From an uncultured Methanosarcinales archaeon (GTDB lineage Archaea > Nanobdellota > Nanobdellia > Woesearchaeales > CAYMBN01), in the NCBI GenBank assembly GCA_964388715.1, contig CAYMBN010000006.1, forward strand, positions 1 through 64,000: a DNA stretch of 64,000 bases, given 5' to 3'. The notes under the pieces are model-generated. The model saw nothing but the letters and a program-made list of their open reading frames with translations, ran no database searches and was not told the DNA's origin. Shown here piece by piece: positions 38,581-48,560 of the stretch. How positions within the stretch are numbered: position 1 is the stretch's first letter; each line of letters starts with the position of its first letter. The position numbers and the translations under genes are program-made.

Positions 38581-38747
38581 TGAAAAAGCCTAAAGTTGTT
38601 CAATGTGATGTGAGAGGACAGATTGTTATACCTAAATCCCTTAGGGAAAAGCTTAGGATAGATGATGGTACAGCGTTCTGGATTTATGATTCTGATAATG
38701 AACATATTGTGTTAAAAAGAATTGCTAAACCAAAGATTAAAAAATGA
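38580..38747 (+). CDS. AbrB/MazE/SpoVT-family DNA-binding protein (55 aa, not in the ORF track)
   Basis: MKKPKVVQCDVRGQIVIPKSLREKLRIDDG...IVLKRI; ATGA overlap with the subtilase gene. Confidence 0.88.
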   Translation: MKKPKVVQCDVRGQIVIPKSLREKLRIDDGTAFWIYDSDNEHIVLKRIAKPKIKK

Positions 38748-39817
38748 AAATTGGAAAGATGAAATTTGAGAAAAAAGAAGTGATTGTTTATGGTATTTTG
38801 ATTGTTCTTCTTACTGCTCTTGGTTTTTATCTTAATAATATTTTGCCTGGACGTTATGCTGGGAAAGGTTATTTCACACCTTATGAAGAATTAGGAGTTT
38901 CTGAACAAGGGAGTTTTGGAGCAATTAGGGGACAAGGTATTCCTGTTGAAGCTATTAAGGTTTTTGATGCATTTAATTTAAAGGAAAAGATGGATTATGT
39001 TAAAAATATGGATGTTAATGTTAAAAAAGCTGCTGGTTTTATCAATAAGATTGATCCATTATTGATGAATGTTTCTTTTTTACAAACAGAAGGTTATTTG
39101 CAGAATAATAAGATTACTGTAATCATTTTAAATGAAAATAAAAAACAATATGCTAATCCTAATGTGAAAGTAAAAAGAAAGTTAAGTCTTATTGATGGTT
39201 TTTCTGCTGAGATTGAGTTTAATCAATTAGGAGAAATTTCAAGATCTGGAGATGTAAAATCAATTTATCTTAATCAAGTACAAAAATTACCAGATCCTTT
39301 AGATGATGATGAAATAGAAGAAGATAGGACAAGTGATAATAGAAATGAATTAATTAAAAGCCAGTTTGCTTGGTCACTAGGGTATGATGGAGAAGGTGTT
39401 ACTGTTGCTGTGCTTGATACTGGTGTTGATAATAATCATCCTGATTTAGGTGAAAGAGTAATTGCAGAAGAATCTTTTATTGAAGGAGAAGAACCTAGTG
39501 ATGGGCATGGGCATGGAACACATTGTGCAACATTGGTTGCTGGTTCTGGTGTTGCTTCAAATGGAAAGTACAAAGGAGTAGCTCCTAAAGCATTTATTAT
39601 GAATGGAAAGGTTTTGAGTAATGGTGGAAGTGGTTCTGATGACGGTATTATTGCTGGTATTCAATGGGCTATTGATAATGGTGCCGATATAATCAGTATG
39701 AGTTTAGGTGGTGATCCTACAGCAGGATTAAATGATGCTTTAACAATTGCTGCAAATAGGGCAATGGAAAGAGGGGTTGTGATGGTTATTGCAGCTGGAA
39801 ATAATGGATGGTATTGA
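38744..39817 (+). CDS. S8 subtilase N-terminal half (TM/signal, propeptide, catalytic Asp and His, oxyanion Asn; no catalytic Ser)
   Basis: VAVLDTG (39416), HGTH (39512), SMSLG, AAGNNG (39800), then WY*. Confidence 0.9.
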   Translation: MKIGKMKFEKKEVIVYGILIVLLTALGFYLNNILPGRYAGKGYFTPYEELGVSEQGSFGAIRGQGIPVEAIKVFDAFNLKEKMDYVKNMDVNVKKAAGFINKIDPLLMNVSFLQTEGYLQNNKITVIILNENKKQYANPNVKVKRKLSLIDGFSAEIEFNQLGEISRSGDVKSIYLNQVQKLPDPLDDDEIEEDRTSDNRNELIKSQFAWSLGYDGEGVTVAVLDTGVDNNHPDLGERVIAEESFIEGEEPSDGHGHGTHCATLVAGSGVASNGKYKGVAPKAFIMNGKVLSNGGSGSDDGIIAGIQWAIDNGADIISMSLGGDPTAGLNDALTIAANRAMERGVVMVIAAGNNGWY

Positions 39818-42800
39818 TGATTAAGAAAAATAATATTAAAATTTGTATTTTGGTTTTGATGTTATTATTAATATTATTTTTATCAGGTTGTGCAATATTA
39901 GTTGGTTCACCTGGTGAAGCTAAAAAAGTTATCTCTGTGGCTGCTTCAAAACATGATAATACAATTGTATTGTTTAGTAGTAGGGGTCCTAGTAGATTAG
40001 GTTATCAAAAACCAGATATAACTGCGCCAGGTAATTTAATTATTGCAGGAAGAGCAGCTGATACTAATTTAGGTGGAGATAGGGATGAAGAATATGGAGA
40101 TTATTATACAAAGATTTCTGGGACATCAATGGCAACACCACAAGTAGCTGGTGTGTCTGCTTTATTGATTCAAGCATATAAAAAGTTGTATGGAACAAAG
40201 CCAAGTGCTGAGTTAATTAAAACAGCTATATTAAAAGGTGCTGATGATTTGTATATTGATGGGCTTGAATATGATCCATTACATCAGGGTGCTGGTTTAA
40301 TTAATGTTGAAAAGTCACTTAATTATATATTAAGTCAGGAACCAATAATGTCTTCTTCACCTGATAAGTGGTTTGCAAAAAAGTTGACAACAATTTCTGA
40401 AAGAGAAACTAATTTAGGTGAACCAATGTATTCAATTGGTTTGTTACCTGGTGATTTTGTATTTCAAAAGTTTATGTTGTTTTCTGGTCAATCACTGCCA
40501 AGTATAAGTTTAACAGGATCAAGTGATTGGATTAAAATAAATCAACAATCAAGTGTTAATTTAGGAGATATAAGTGAAAATGAACAAAAAGAGTTTGATG
40601 CTTATGTAATTATTCCTGAAGGTGCTGTTGCAGGAGATTATAATGAAAAGATTAATGTTTATTCTGATAATCAATTGTTGTTAGAAATTCCTGTGATAAT
40701 TAAGGTTGCAGAAAATTTAGGTGATGTAACTGATGAACTTGACTTTTCACAAGGAAAAGGTTATTATTATTTTAGTGTTCCTGAGAATGCATTTTTATTA
40801 GAGGTTAATGCTACAACAAATGATTATGATTTTGAATTAGAACATGATTGTTTGAATATGTATATTTATGATCCATCCTCATATATTTATGATTTTGAAG
40901 ATTATTATTATGGTGATTATTCAAAATCATTTGAAGATAATATTACAAATGATTGGATAAGTCTTAATAATCCTTCAAGTGGAAAATATACACTTGTTTT
41001 GGATAATATGCTTTGGGATGAAGATTATGATGAAAGAATTGTTAGGCCAGAGTTTAAGTGTGATAATATTAATGTAGATGGTTCGGTAAAAGTATATGCA
41101 ACAAAAATAGAACCGTTGAGTATTTCTTCAACACTGATTGAGGGAGGAAATGAAAGTTTTGTTATTAATGTTGAGAATAATGGTGCAGAATTGAGTAGTG
41201 TTTCTATAATTGGTTTTTGTGGTGATATTGAAAAGGATTATGAAGCACATAGTTTAGATCTTGTTGAAGGAAATCTTTATGATGTACACTATGGTGACTT
41301 TGAGGAACAAGGTTATATTGGAGAGATTTTGTTTAATGTAAGTGATGGTACAAGAAAATTAGGAATAGATGTAGCAAAAACCGAGGATCATCCTACTGTT
41401 GTTAATTTATATGATCCAAATGGTAATCTTGTTATGTGGGGTGCAAATAGTCCTAAAAGTCCACCTGAAACAACACATGAAGTAGAACTTCCAGATGTTT
41501 TAAACCCTATGCCTGGGGAGTGGAAGGTTGTTGTTTTGAATTCAGATGTATATGAAGATTATAATGCTGGAGCTGTAACAGTTATTGTTGATATTAAAAA
41601 GGATATTGGTTTGGAATGTGATTATTTAGAATTGGGACAGGTTGACTTTGATAGTGTTGGAGTGGGAGAAACAAAACAATTTAAAATTACTTTATTATAT
41701 CCTGATTCTACAAGGAAAGGTGCTGTTACAATTTTGACTGATAAAAGGAATTTTGAAGTTCCATTAACAATTATTCCTAAAAAAGAAGCAGAGACTGAGA
41801 GTGAACTTAAGTTAAGTGAGGATAATTGGAATTATGTTTGGTTAGATATGCCTAATAATGTTATTGATACAACTTTAACAATTACAAGTCCTTTTTTAAG
41901 TAGTGATTTTGACTTAATATTAAGTGCAGAGAAAACAGAAGATATTGGAAAAATTAATTCAAGAGTTTTGCATAAAAGTTTTGAAAGTTATGAATTAGAA
42001 AATTATAACCATGTTAGTGGGCAAAGTGAAAAATTAGAATTATTTCAAGATTCAAATGGTGATGGAATTATTGGTATTCCAAAATATAAATATGGTGACT
42101 CATTTTATAGTTCATTTGATGATGATCAAGATGGTTTTGTTGATGGTGTTTATAGTAGTGGTGGACATGGTTGGGAAAATTATTTAGAAAGTGGTGAACA
42201 AAATAATGTTTCATTTAATCAGATTTCTTTTTATGTAGGTGATATTTCTCCTGTTGAAGAGTATGGTATTGCTACAATGTACTCTAATGGATTTATGTAT
42301 TATATTTTATTTCCAAAAAATTCTGATGATGATGAAGATGTGGATAGAGTGTATATTGATTTTGATTTGAATAATAATTTTACTGATGAAACACCGTTGT
42401 ATGAAGAGGATGTGTTTTATATTAATGAAACCAAGTATAAAATAAAGGAGATAAACATTAATTCATGGTATGAAGAGGATGATGATACTGGAGAAGAAAC
42501 AAAAGTTGTTTATGGAGTAGTGAGGATTTATGAATTAAAAGAGATATATGTAGGAGATATCTCAAGTAATTATGGTTATGGTGCTGGAAAAGATCATCCA
42601 TTTGATGGGATGTATATGGTGCCTTTTGATAATAATAATACTATTTATTTTGATTTTGATGGTGATTTTAACTTTTCAAATGAAACAGGATATCAAGTTG
42701 GAGAGGAATTTAGTTATGGTGATAATAATTATGTTGTTAGGGAGATTACAATTTACGAATATGATGATGATGATGAAACAGGTTATATTGGTTATAATAG

Positions 42801-45800
42801 GGTTGAGGATGCGTATGTTGGTAATTTATCTGTGGTTGATAATTATATATTTACAGAAGATTGGTTTGGAGACCATTATAGGATGATAATTCCTGTAGAT
42901 GAAAATTATAATTATGATGAACCAATATATGTTGATTTTGATAAGGATTTGAATTTTAGTGATGAAACACCACTTTATTTAGGAGATAAAATAAGTGAGG
43001 AACTAGGATATAAAATTATATTTACAGATATTGATAAAGGACATATGGATAATTTAACAATGGAAGTTTGTGATAGATGGGGTTGGTGTTGGGAAGATTA
43101 TAAGTATTTATATTTTGGTGTTGAAGGTACTATTAAAAAAGAAAAATATCAAGGTACTGAGATTAGAAGGTTAAATATTAGTGGAGAAATTTATTATTTA
43201 CTTGATTTTTATGATTATTTTTATATTGATGTTAATGATGATAAGGATGTTTTAGATGCTTATGAAGGACAGGTATGGGATGGAGATGTTTTTTCTGATA
43301 AGTATGGAAATAAATATTTGTTTGATGAAGATAATAATGAAGTTAAAAAGCTTGAAGCTGATAATGAATATAATTTACAATTAAATCCAAGGCAGTGGAA
43401 AGCTTCTCTTAAAGCAAAATCTATTAGGAATGATAAAGGACTGGAGGTTGTTAGCGATGCAATAAGTAGTCAAAGTGAAGAGATAAGAATTGAAAATAGT
43501 GGTAATACAGAATTACAACTAAAGATCCCAATTAAATCAGGAGATGCAACAATTAAATTGCTTGGAAGTAATGGTAGTGGTGGGTTTGATACTATTGGTG
43601 GAGATGACCATCATGATGAAGGATTGTTAACAGCTGTTGGTACTTATCCTAGTGCTGTTTGGAATGAAAGTTATGAAGCATTAGTTGTTAGTTATAGTGA
43701 TGGTTTATCAAAGGGTGAGAGTTATTTAGTTGAAGTAAGTAAGATTGATGATACTGATGGTGTAACATTTAAGAACTCAGTTACTGCGGATAAATGGGAA
43801 AATAGGAAAGATGGTGATTTTAATGTTGGTAATGCTGTACTAACTTTGTCTGATATTAATGAAACATATGGAACTGTAACAATAACTGCTGGAGATAATA
43901 CTTATTTTGATAGAGTTATCAGTAGGGAAGGATATACAGTTTTTTTACCTATAGAAAGTAAAGAACTTACTGGAGTGACATTCATAAATTTGTCTTCTAA
44001 TCCAACAACATGGACCCTACGTGTGGTAGAAAAGGCAGAAAATTATCCGGTTGTTGAAGATAGGGAAATTATTGATATTACACTTGGACATGCTAATTCC
44101 AAAACTTCTGTTGTTAGTGTAAACGGTGATTGGAGTAGTTATGATGATGCTGATGGAAATTATGAATATGTAGGAATAGTTGATTCTAATATTGAAACAA
44201 GGGTATATTATGATACAGATCCTGATCAAGATACTGTGAGATTAGAATATGTTGAGGCAAGTGGTGAAGCAAGTGATGAGGTTGAGTTTGTGGTGAATGT
44301 TGATGATATTCAGAATGTTAAAAGTTATAATTTAGTTGTTCAAAATCTTGAGAGTGTGCCTCCTGTTGTGATTAATACTATTTATTATAATGTTAAGATT
44401 GAGAATAAAGATGGTATAAAGAATGTTGATGGTTTGGAAACTGATTTTACTGATGAGATTAATATTGGACATCTTATAAGAGATGGAGTAAATAATATTA
44501 CAATTAGTTTCTTAAATCAAGAGGGAGTTGCTACTGCTTATAATACAAGAGTTTATGTTCATGAGATTGAACAGTATGAAGCTAATGTTGATATTGCACT
44601 TGAACACAATCTTTTACCGTGGTCAATTGAATTAAATCTTAACAAGGATGTAATAGGAGACGCTTCTGAATTAGAATATACTTTGAGTGTTGAAAATAAT
44701 AAAAATGATAGTTTAAGTGTTGATTGTGATTTGAAGATTGTTGATGAATTAGGTAACACCAAGAGTGGAAAACAATTGGGTTTTAGTGTTGATTCTAATA
44801 CTAGCAAGGAGAAAGTTGGAGAGTTTATAGATTTTCCTCAAAAGATAGGGCATCATTATGTAATAACTAAATGTAAAGATTTAGAGGAGAAAACTGCTAC
44901 TGATATAAAAGAATTTACAATAACAGGAGATGTTAATATGAATGTTATTCTTGATAAGAATGTTGTTGGAGTTAATGAAGTATTAAATTATAAGATTATA
45001 TTAAGTAAAGTTGTGACTGAGGAAATTACAGGAGATGTTGAGATTATTATTGGTGGAAAGAGGATTTATAAAAGTAATGTTGAAGTGCCAAGTGTGGTCG
45101 AAGAAAGTGTTATGCTTGATCAAAAACCTGGAGAGTATGATGCTGAGTTTAAATTTATTCATAGTGGTAAGAGTTTTAAGGTTGTTAAACCAATTGTGAT
45201 TTTGAGTCAAGTAATGATGGAAGATATTGATGGTGATGGTATTCCTAATCATCTTGATGATGATGATGATGAAGATGGTATTCCTGATAGCCAAGATAGA
45301 ATAAGGGGAAATCTTAGTCATATAAAAGGAAATGTTGATAATATTAGGGTAAAGATTGGTGCAAGTTCAGATTTAATAAATACTGCAAGTACAGTACAAA
45401 GAGTAAAAATTGAAGATGGTAATGATACTCTTGTTGAGTTTGATTATGATTTTAGTAATGAGTTAGCACTTGATGAAGTAAAGATTGAAAAAGAGGTTAG
45501 TGGTGATAGTAAAGGCAAACTTCTAATTAAAGGAATTAATTTGAGTAGTGGTACTAAGACTGTTTATTTAAGTAGGATCAAAGCAAATGATTTAATATGT
45601 ATTAAAGATGTTGAAATTGATTCATTAGATGAAATCTCTGGAGGTTGTAATGCTAATGGTGAGTTTAAAATTACATGTGATGGAACAATACAAAATGGAT
45701 ATAATTGTAGTGTATTAAATAATACTTATAAAATTACTGGATTAAATCATTCTGGTATTGTTGAATATGAAGTGCCTCCACAACCTCAACAACCAGCTTC

Positions 45801-46590
45801 AACACCAACACCAGCAGGAAGTGGTGGAACTGGAGGAGGAAGGATACAACCTAGAACACATGAAGTGGATTATTCAGGTAAGGAAATGACTATTACTTTA
45901 AGATATCAAGATGACATTATAATTGAAAAAGGTGGTAAAGAATATCTGATTGAATATAGAAGAGTTAATAGACAAAATATAAAATTAATAGTTGAAGAAA
46001 CAACAGGTGTTTTATTTGAAATTGGGGAAACAAATCCTATTGATATTGATAATGATGGTATTGATGATTATGATGTTACATTAGAAAGAGTTACATCAAG
46101 CAAAATAATCTTTGATTTTGTTAAGAAGACTGTTGTTGATAGAGACGAAGAAACTAAAGTTGATACAAAAGTAGAACCTATTGATGATGATCAAGAGGTA
46201 GATACTGAAATGGGATATGTGTCTGTAACAGATGAAGAAGAAGTCGAGGTGGAAGAAGAAAGTGATTGGCCTTATTATGTTGTAGGGGTTGTTGTCTTGC
46301 TTATTATATTGTTTGTATTGTTTGCTGTTATTAAGAAACATAAGAATAAAAAAGTACTTTCTCAAATGGATCAACCAAAACCAATGGTTCCTCAAACTAA
46401 ACCAATATCTCGGCCAATTAAACAAGTGGTTGCTCCTGTTAAAAGGTTTAGGTATAAGGAGTCAGAAAAGTTAGCACCAATAGTAAAACAATTGCTTGGT
46501 CAGGGTTATGATAAAGTACATATTAAGGTTGGCTTTATGAGAAAAGGATGGCCTGAAAAATATATTGATGATGTTTTGGATAATATTTAA
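39817..46590 (+). CDS. giant surface protein: lipobox signal, S8 subtilase C-terminal half (catalytic Ser), Ig-like/Ca-binding repeats, C-terminal TM
   Basis: LFLSG-C (Cys codon 39889), GSPG, FSSRGP, KPDITAPG, SGTSMATPQVAG (Ser 40126), QGAG; DxDxDG repeats; TM near 46270-46330. Confidence 0.88.
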   Translation: MIKKNNIKICILVLMLLLILFLSGCAILVGSPGEAKKVISVAASKHDNTIVLFSSRGPSRLGYQKPDITAPGNLIIAGRAADTNLGGDRDEEYGDYYTKISGTSMATPQVAGVSALLIQAYKKLYGTKPSAELIKTAILKGADDLYIDGLEYDPLHQGAGLINVEKSLNYILSQEPIMSSSPDKWFAKKLTTISERETNLGEPMYSIGLLPGDFVFQKFMLFSGQSLPSISLTGSSDWIKINQQSSVNLGDISENEQKEFDAYVIIPEGAVAGDYNEKINVYSDNQLLLEIPVIIKVAENLGDVTDELDFSQGKGYYYFSVPENAFLLEVNATTNDYDFELEHDCLNMYIYDPSSYIYDFEDYYYGDYSKSFEDNITNDWISLNNPSSGKYTLVLDNMLWDEDYDERIVRPEFKCDNINVDGSVKVYATKIEPLSISSTLIEGGNESFVINVENNGAELSSVSIIGFCGDIEKDYEAHSLDLVEGNLYDVHYGDFEEQGYIGEILFNVSDGTRKLGIDVAKTEDHPTVVNLYDPNGNLVMWGANSPKSPPETTHEVELPDVLNPMPGEWKVVVLNSDVYEDYNAGAVTVIVDIKKDIGLECDYLELGQVDFDSVGVGETKQFKITLLYPDSTRKGAVTILTDKRNFEVPLTIIPKKEAETESELKLSEDNWNYVWLDMPNNVIDTTLTITSPFLSSDFDLILSAEKTEDIGKINSRVLHKSFESYELENYNHVSGQSEKLELFQDSNGDGIIGIPKYKYGDSFYSSFDDDQDGFVDGVYSSGGHGWENYLESGEQNNVSFNQISFYVGDISPVEEYGIATMYSNGFMYYILFPKNSDDDEDVDRVYIDFDLNNNFTDETPLYEEDVFYINETKYKIKEININSWYEEDDDTGEETKVVYGVVRIYELKEIYVGDISSNYGYGAGKDHPFDGMYMVPFDNNNTIYFDFDGDFNFSNETGYQVGEEFSYGDNNYVVREITIYEYDDDDETGYIGYNRVEDAYVGNLSVVDNYIFTEDWFGDHYRMIIPVDENYNYDEPIYVDFDKDLNFSDETPLYLGDKISEELGYKIIFTDIDKGHMDNLTMEVCDRWGWCWEDYKYLYFGVEGTIKKEKYQGTEIRRLNISGEIYYLLDFYDYFYIDVNDDKDVLDAYEGQVWDGDVFSDKYGNKYLFDEDNNEVKKLEADNEYNLQLNPRQWKASLKAKSIRNDKGLEVVSDAISSQSEEIRIENSGNTELQLKIPIKSGDATIKLLGSNGSGGFDTIGGDDHHDEGLLTAVGTYPSAVWNESYEALVVSYSDGLSKGESYLVEVSKIDDTDGVTFKNSVTADKWENRKDGDFNVGNAVLTLSDINETYGTVTITAGDNTYFDRVISREGYTVFLPIESKELTGVTFINLSSNPTTWTLRVVEKAENYPVVEDREIIDITLGHANSKTSVVSVNGDWSSYDDADGNYEYVGIVDSNIETRVYYDTDPDQDTVRLEYVEASGEASDEVEFVVNVDDIQNVKSYNLVVQNLESVPPVVINTIYYNVKIENKDGIKNVDGLETDFTDEINIGHLIRDGVNNITISFLNQEGVATAYNTRVYVHEIEQYEANVDIALEHNLLPWSIELNLNKDVIGDASELEYTLSVENNKNDSLSVDCDLKIVDELGNTKSGKQLGFSVDSNTSKEKVGEFIDFPQKIGHHYVITKCKDLEEKTATDIKEFTITGDVNMNVILDKNVVGVNEVLNYKIILSKVVTEEITGDVEIIIGGKRIYKSNVEVPSVVEESVMLDQKPGEYDAEFKFIHSGKSFKVVKPIVILSQVMMEDIDGDGIPNHLDDDDDEDGIPDSQDRIRGNLSHIKGNVDNIRVKIGASSDLINTASTVQRVKIEDGNDTLVEFDYDFSNELALDEVKIEKEVSGDSKGKLLIKGINLSSGTKTVYLSRIKANDLICIKDVEIDSLDEISGGCNANGEFKITCDGTIQNGYNCSVLNNTYKITGLNHSGIVEYEVPPQPQQPASTPTPAGSGGTGGGRIQPRTHEVDYSGKEMTITLRYQDDIIIEKGGKEYLIEYRRVNRQNIKLIVEETTGVLFEIGETNPIDIDNDGIDDYDVTLERVTSSKIIFDFVKKTVVDRDEETKVDTKVEPIDDDQEVDTEMGYVSVTDEEEVEVEEESDWPYYVVGVVVLLIILFVLFAVIKKHKNKKVLSQMDQPKPMVPQTKPISRPIKQVVAPVKRFRYKESEKLAPIVKQLLGQGYDKVHIKVGFMRKGWPEKYIDDVLDNI

Positions 46591-46650
46591 TTCTGTTTTA
46601 TACGTAAAATATATAAATAACACATTAAAATCTTTATTAAAGGTGATCAT

Positions 46651-47016
46651 ATGGCAATAAAAGATTTAAAAGCAAGAGAAGGTAATGTGAATATTGTACT
46701 TACCATCACAAATAAAGGTGATGTAAGAGAATTTAATAAGTTTGGTAAAACAGGTAGAGTATGTAATGCTACTGCTAAAGATGAAACAGGAACAATAAAA
46801 TTAACTTTATGGAATGAAGATATTGATAAAGTTAATATTGGTGATAAAATTAAAATGGAAAACGGTTGGGTTGGTGAATGGCAAGGAGAACTTCAATTAT
46901 CAACTGGTAAGTTTGGTAAGATGGAAGTTGTTGGAAGTGATGCATCAGTTAGTGAAGAACCAACTGAAACTAAAGAACCAGCAGCTCCTGTAACAGAAGA
47001 AGAAAAAGTTGAGTAA
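46651..47016 (+). CDS. single OB-fold ssDNA-binding protein (SSB/RPA) with acidic tail
   Basis: DETGTIKLTLWN, NGWVGEWQGELQLSTGKFG. Confidence 0.88.
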   Translation: MAIKDLKAREGNVNIVLTITNKGDVREFNKFGKTGRVCNATAKDETGTIKLTLWNEDIDKVNIGDKIKMENGWVGEWQGELQLSTGKFGKMEVVGSDASVSEEPTETKEPAAPVTEEEKVE

Positions 47017-47062
47017 ATAAGTAGAAAGTTTTATAAATTAAATTAAAAGTAATATTGTTTAT

Positions 47063-47166
47063 GGGAACATAGCTCAGACTGGGAGAGCACTACGCTGAAG
47101 ACGTAGGTGTCCTGGGAAGTTAATTGGAATACAATTAACTCAGGAATTCAAATCCCAGTGTTCCCA
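47063..47166 (+). tRNA. tRNA-Phe(GAA) with a 30-nt intron at position 53/54 (47117-47146)
   Basis: GGGAACA/TGTTCCC acceptor, GCTC/GAGC D stem, CTACG-CTGAAGA-CGTAG, CTGGG/CCCAG T stem; TATA at 47030-47037. Confidence 0.95.
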
Positions 47167-47278
47167 TTTTTTAATCTTCTATATCTTTTTATATTATAAA
47201 TAAGGATTATATGATATCTTCTTCACTTTGTTTTGAAAATAAATAAATTTATAAATCTAAACTTCAAAATAATCTATC

Positions 47279-48514
47279 ATGGGGAAATATGTTAACATAA
47301 TACATAAAATTGCAACTGCTTATTGTAGGAAACATCCTGAAAGAGGGCTTACTTTTGTATGTGATGGTAATAAAAAAAGTTTTGGATCAAAAAATACCCA
47401 TACAATCATTTTTAGAAATGCTGAAAAAACCTGGAAACAAATTTTAAAAGGAGGAAGCATAGCACTAGGAAACACTTATATTGAGAATAAATGGGATGGT
47501 GATTATAAAGATATACCTTTTTTTTTAGAGTTTATGTTAAATATTTTAGAAGATAAAACTTTGATTAAAAATCTTTCGTTCTATGATAAACTAAGTATTG
47601 TATTAGCCTTAAAAAAATCAGTAACTAAAAGTTCTGGATATTCTCATGAAAAGAATATAAATTCACATTATTCACTTGAATTTGTACTTTCAGATATAAA
47701 TGCGTCAAATAAGTTTTTTTTCCCTGTATTAAGTAAGGATTTTCCAGTATATTCTTGTGGTTTATGGGAAACTGGAGCGAAAAATCTTGAAGAAGCACAA
47801 CTTGAAAAATTTAAATTATATGCTAAACTCTTAAATCTAAAAAAATCAAAAAAATTAATTGATTTAGGATGTGGTTGGGGGATACAATCACTTTGGTATG
47901 CAAAAAACTTGGGAGTTAATGTTACTTTGGTAACCTTATCCAAAGCTCAAGCAAAATATATTCAAGACATTGTAAAAAAAGAGAATTTGCAAAATTTGGT
48001 TACTTTAAAATTAATGGATATGATGGATGTAGATAAGTTAAATAAAAAATATGATGCTATCATTTCTTTAGGTGCAATCGAACATATAGAAGATTTTAAT
48101 ACATTATTTAAAAAAAGTCGTTCTATACTAAGTTCTAATGGGATTGCCTTATTTCATACTATGTTTAATCATATTCATCATGATTTTGATGCTTGGAATA
48201 GTATTTATATGTGGCCCGGGGTTCAAATACCCTCAAGGCAAAGATTATTAGGTTCCTTAACAAAATATTTTGAAAACGTTTCATTCACACCATATAAAAA
48301 AGGTTCTTATTCTAAAACATTTAGGTGCTGGCTAGATAATTTTGTTAAAAATGAAAAAAAATTGCTTAATATACTTGACGAAGCAAATCCTAGTGGAGAT
48401 AATAAAAAGTTTATGAGAAAATTTAAATATTATCTTATGTGTTGTGTTTCAGCTCATAATGTATATATGGATGTTGGTTATGCATTATGTTCCAGTAAAC
48501 GTATTGAGAGATGA
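47279..48514 (+). CDS. cfa: cyclopropane-fatty-acyl-phospholipid synthase-family SAM methyltransferase
   Basis: NI.SHY, YSCG.W, LEEAQ..K, DLGCGWG, TLS..Q, GAIEH, YYLMCC. Confidence 0.78.
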   Translation: MGKYVNIIHKIATAYCRKHPERGLTFVCDGNKKSFGSKNTHTIIFRNAEKTWKQILKGGSIALGNTYIENKWDGDYKDIPFFLEFMLNILEDKTLIKNLSFYDKLSIVLALKKSVTKSSGYSHEKNINSHYSLEFVLSDINASNKFFFPVLSKDFPVYSCGLWETGAKNLEEAQLEKFKLYAKLLNLKKSKKLIDLGCGWGIQSLWYAKNLGVNVTLVTLSKAQAKYIQDIVKKENLQNLVTLKLMDMMDVDKLNKKYDAIISLGAIEHIEDFNTLFKKSRSILSSNGIALFHTMFNHIHHDFDAWNSIYMWPGVQIPSRQRLLGSLTKYFENVSFTPYKKGSYSKTFRCWLDNFVKNEKKLLNILDEANPSGDNKKFMRKFKYYLMCCVSAHNVYMDVGYALCSSKRIER

Positions 48515-48560
48515 GTAAAAAATAGTATAATTAAGTAATAAATGCTATGTTTACTTCTTA

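Noticed and set aside
39805..39895. Intron or intein explanation for the subtilase split
   Set aside because: No convincing BHB pairing seen at the boundaries and no intein motifs; the segment reads as a coherent signal peptide with a coupled start
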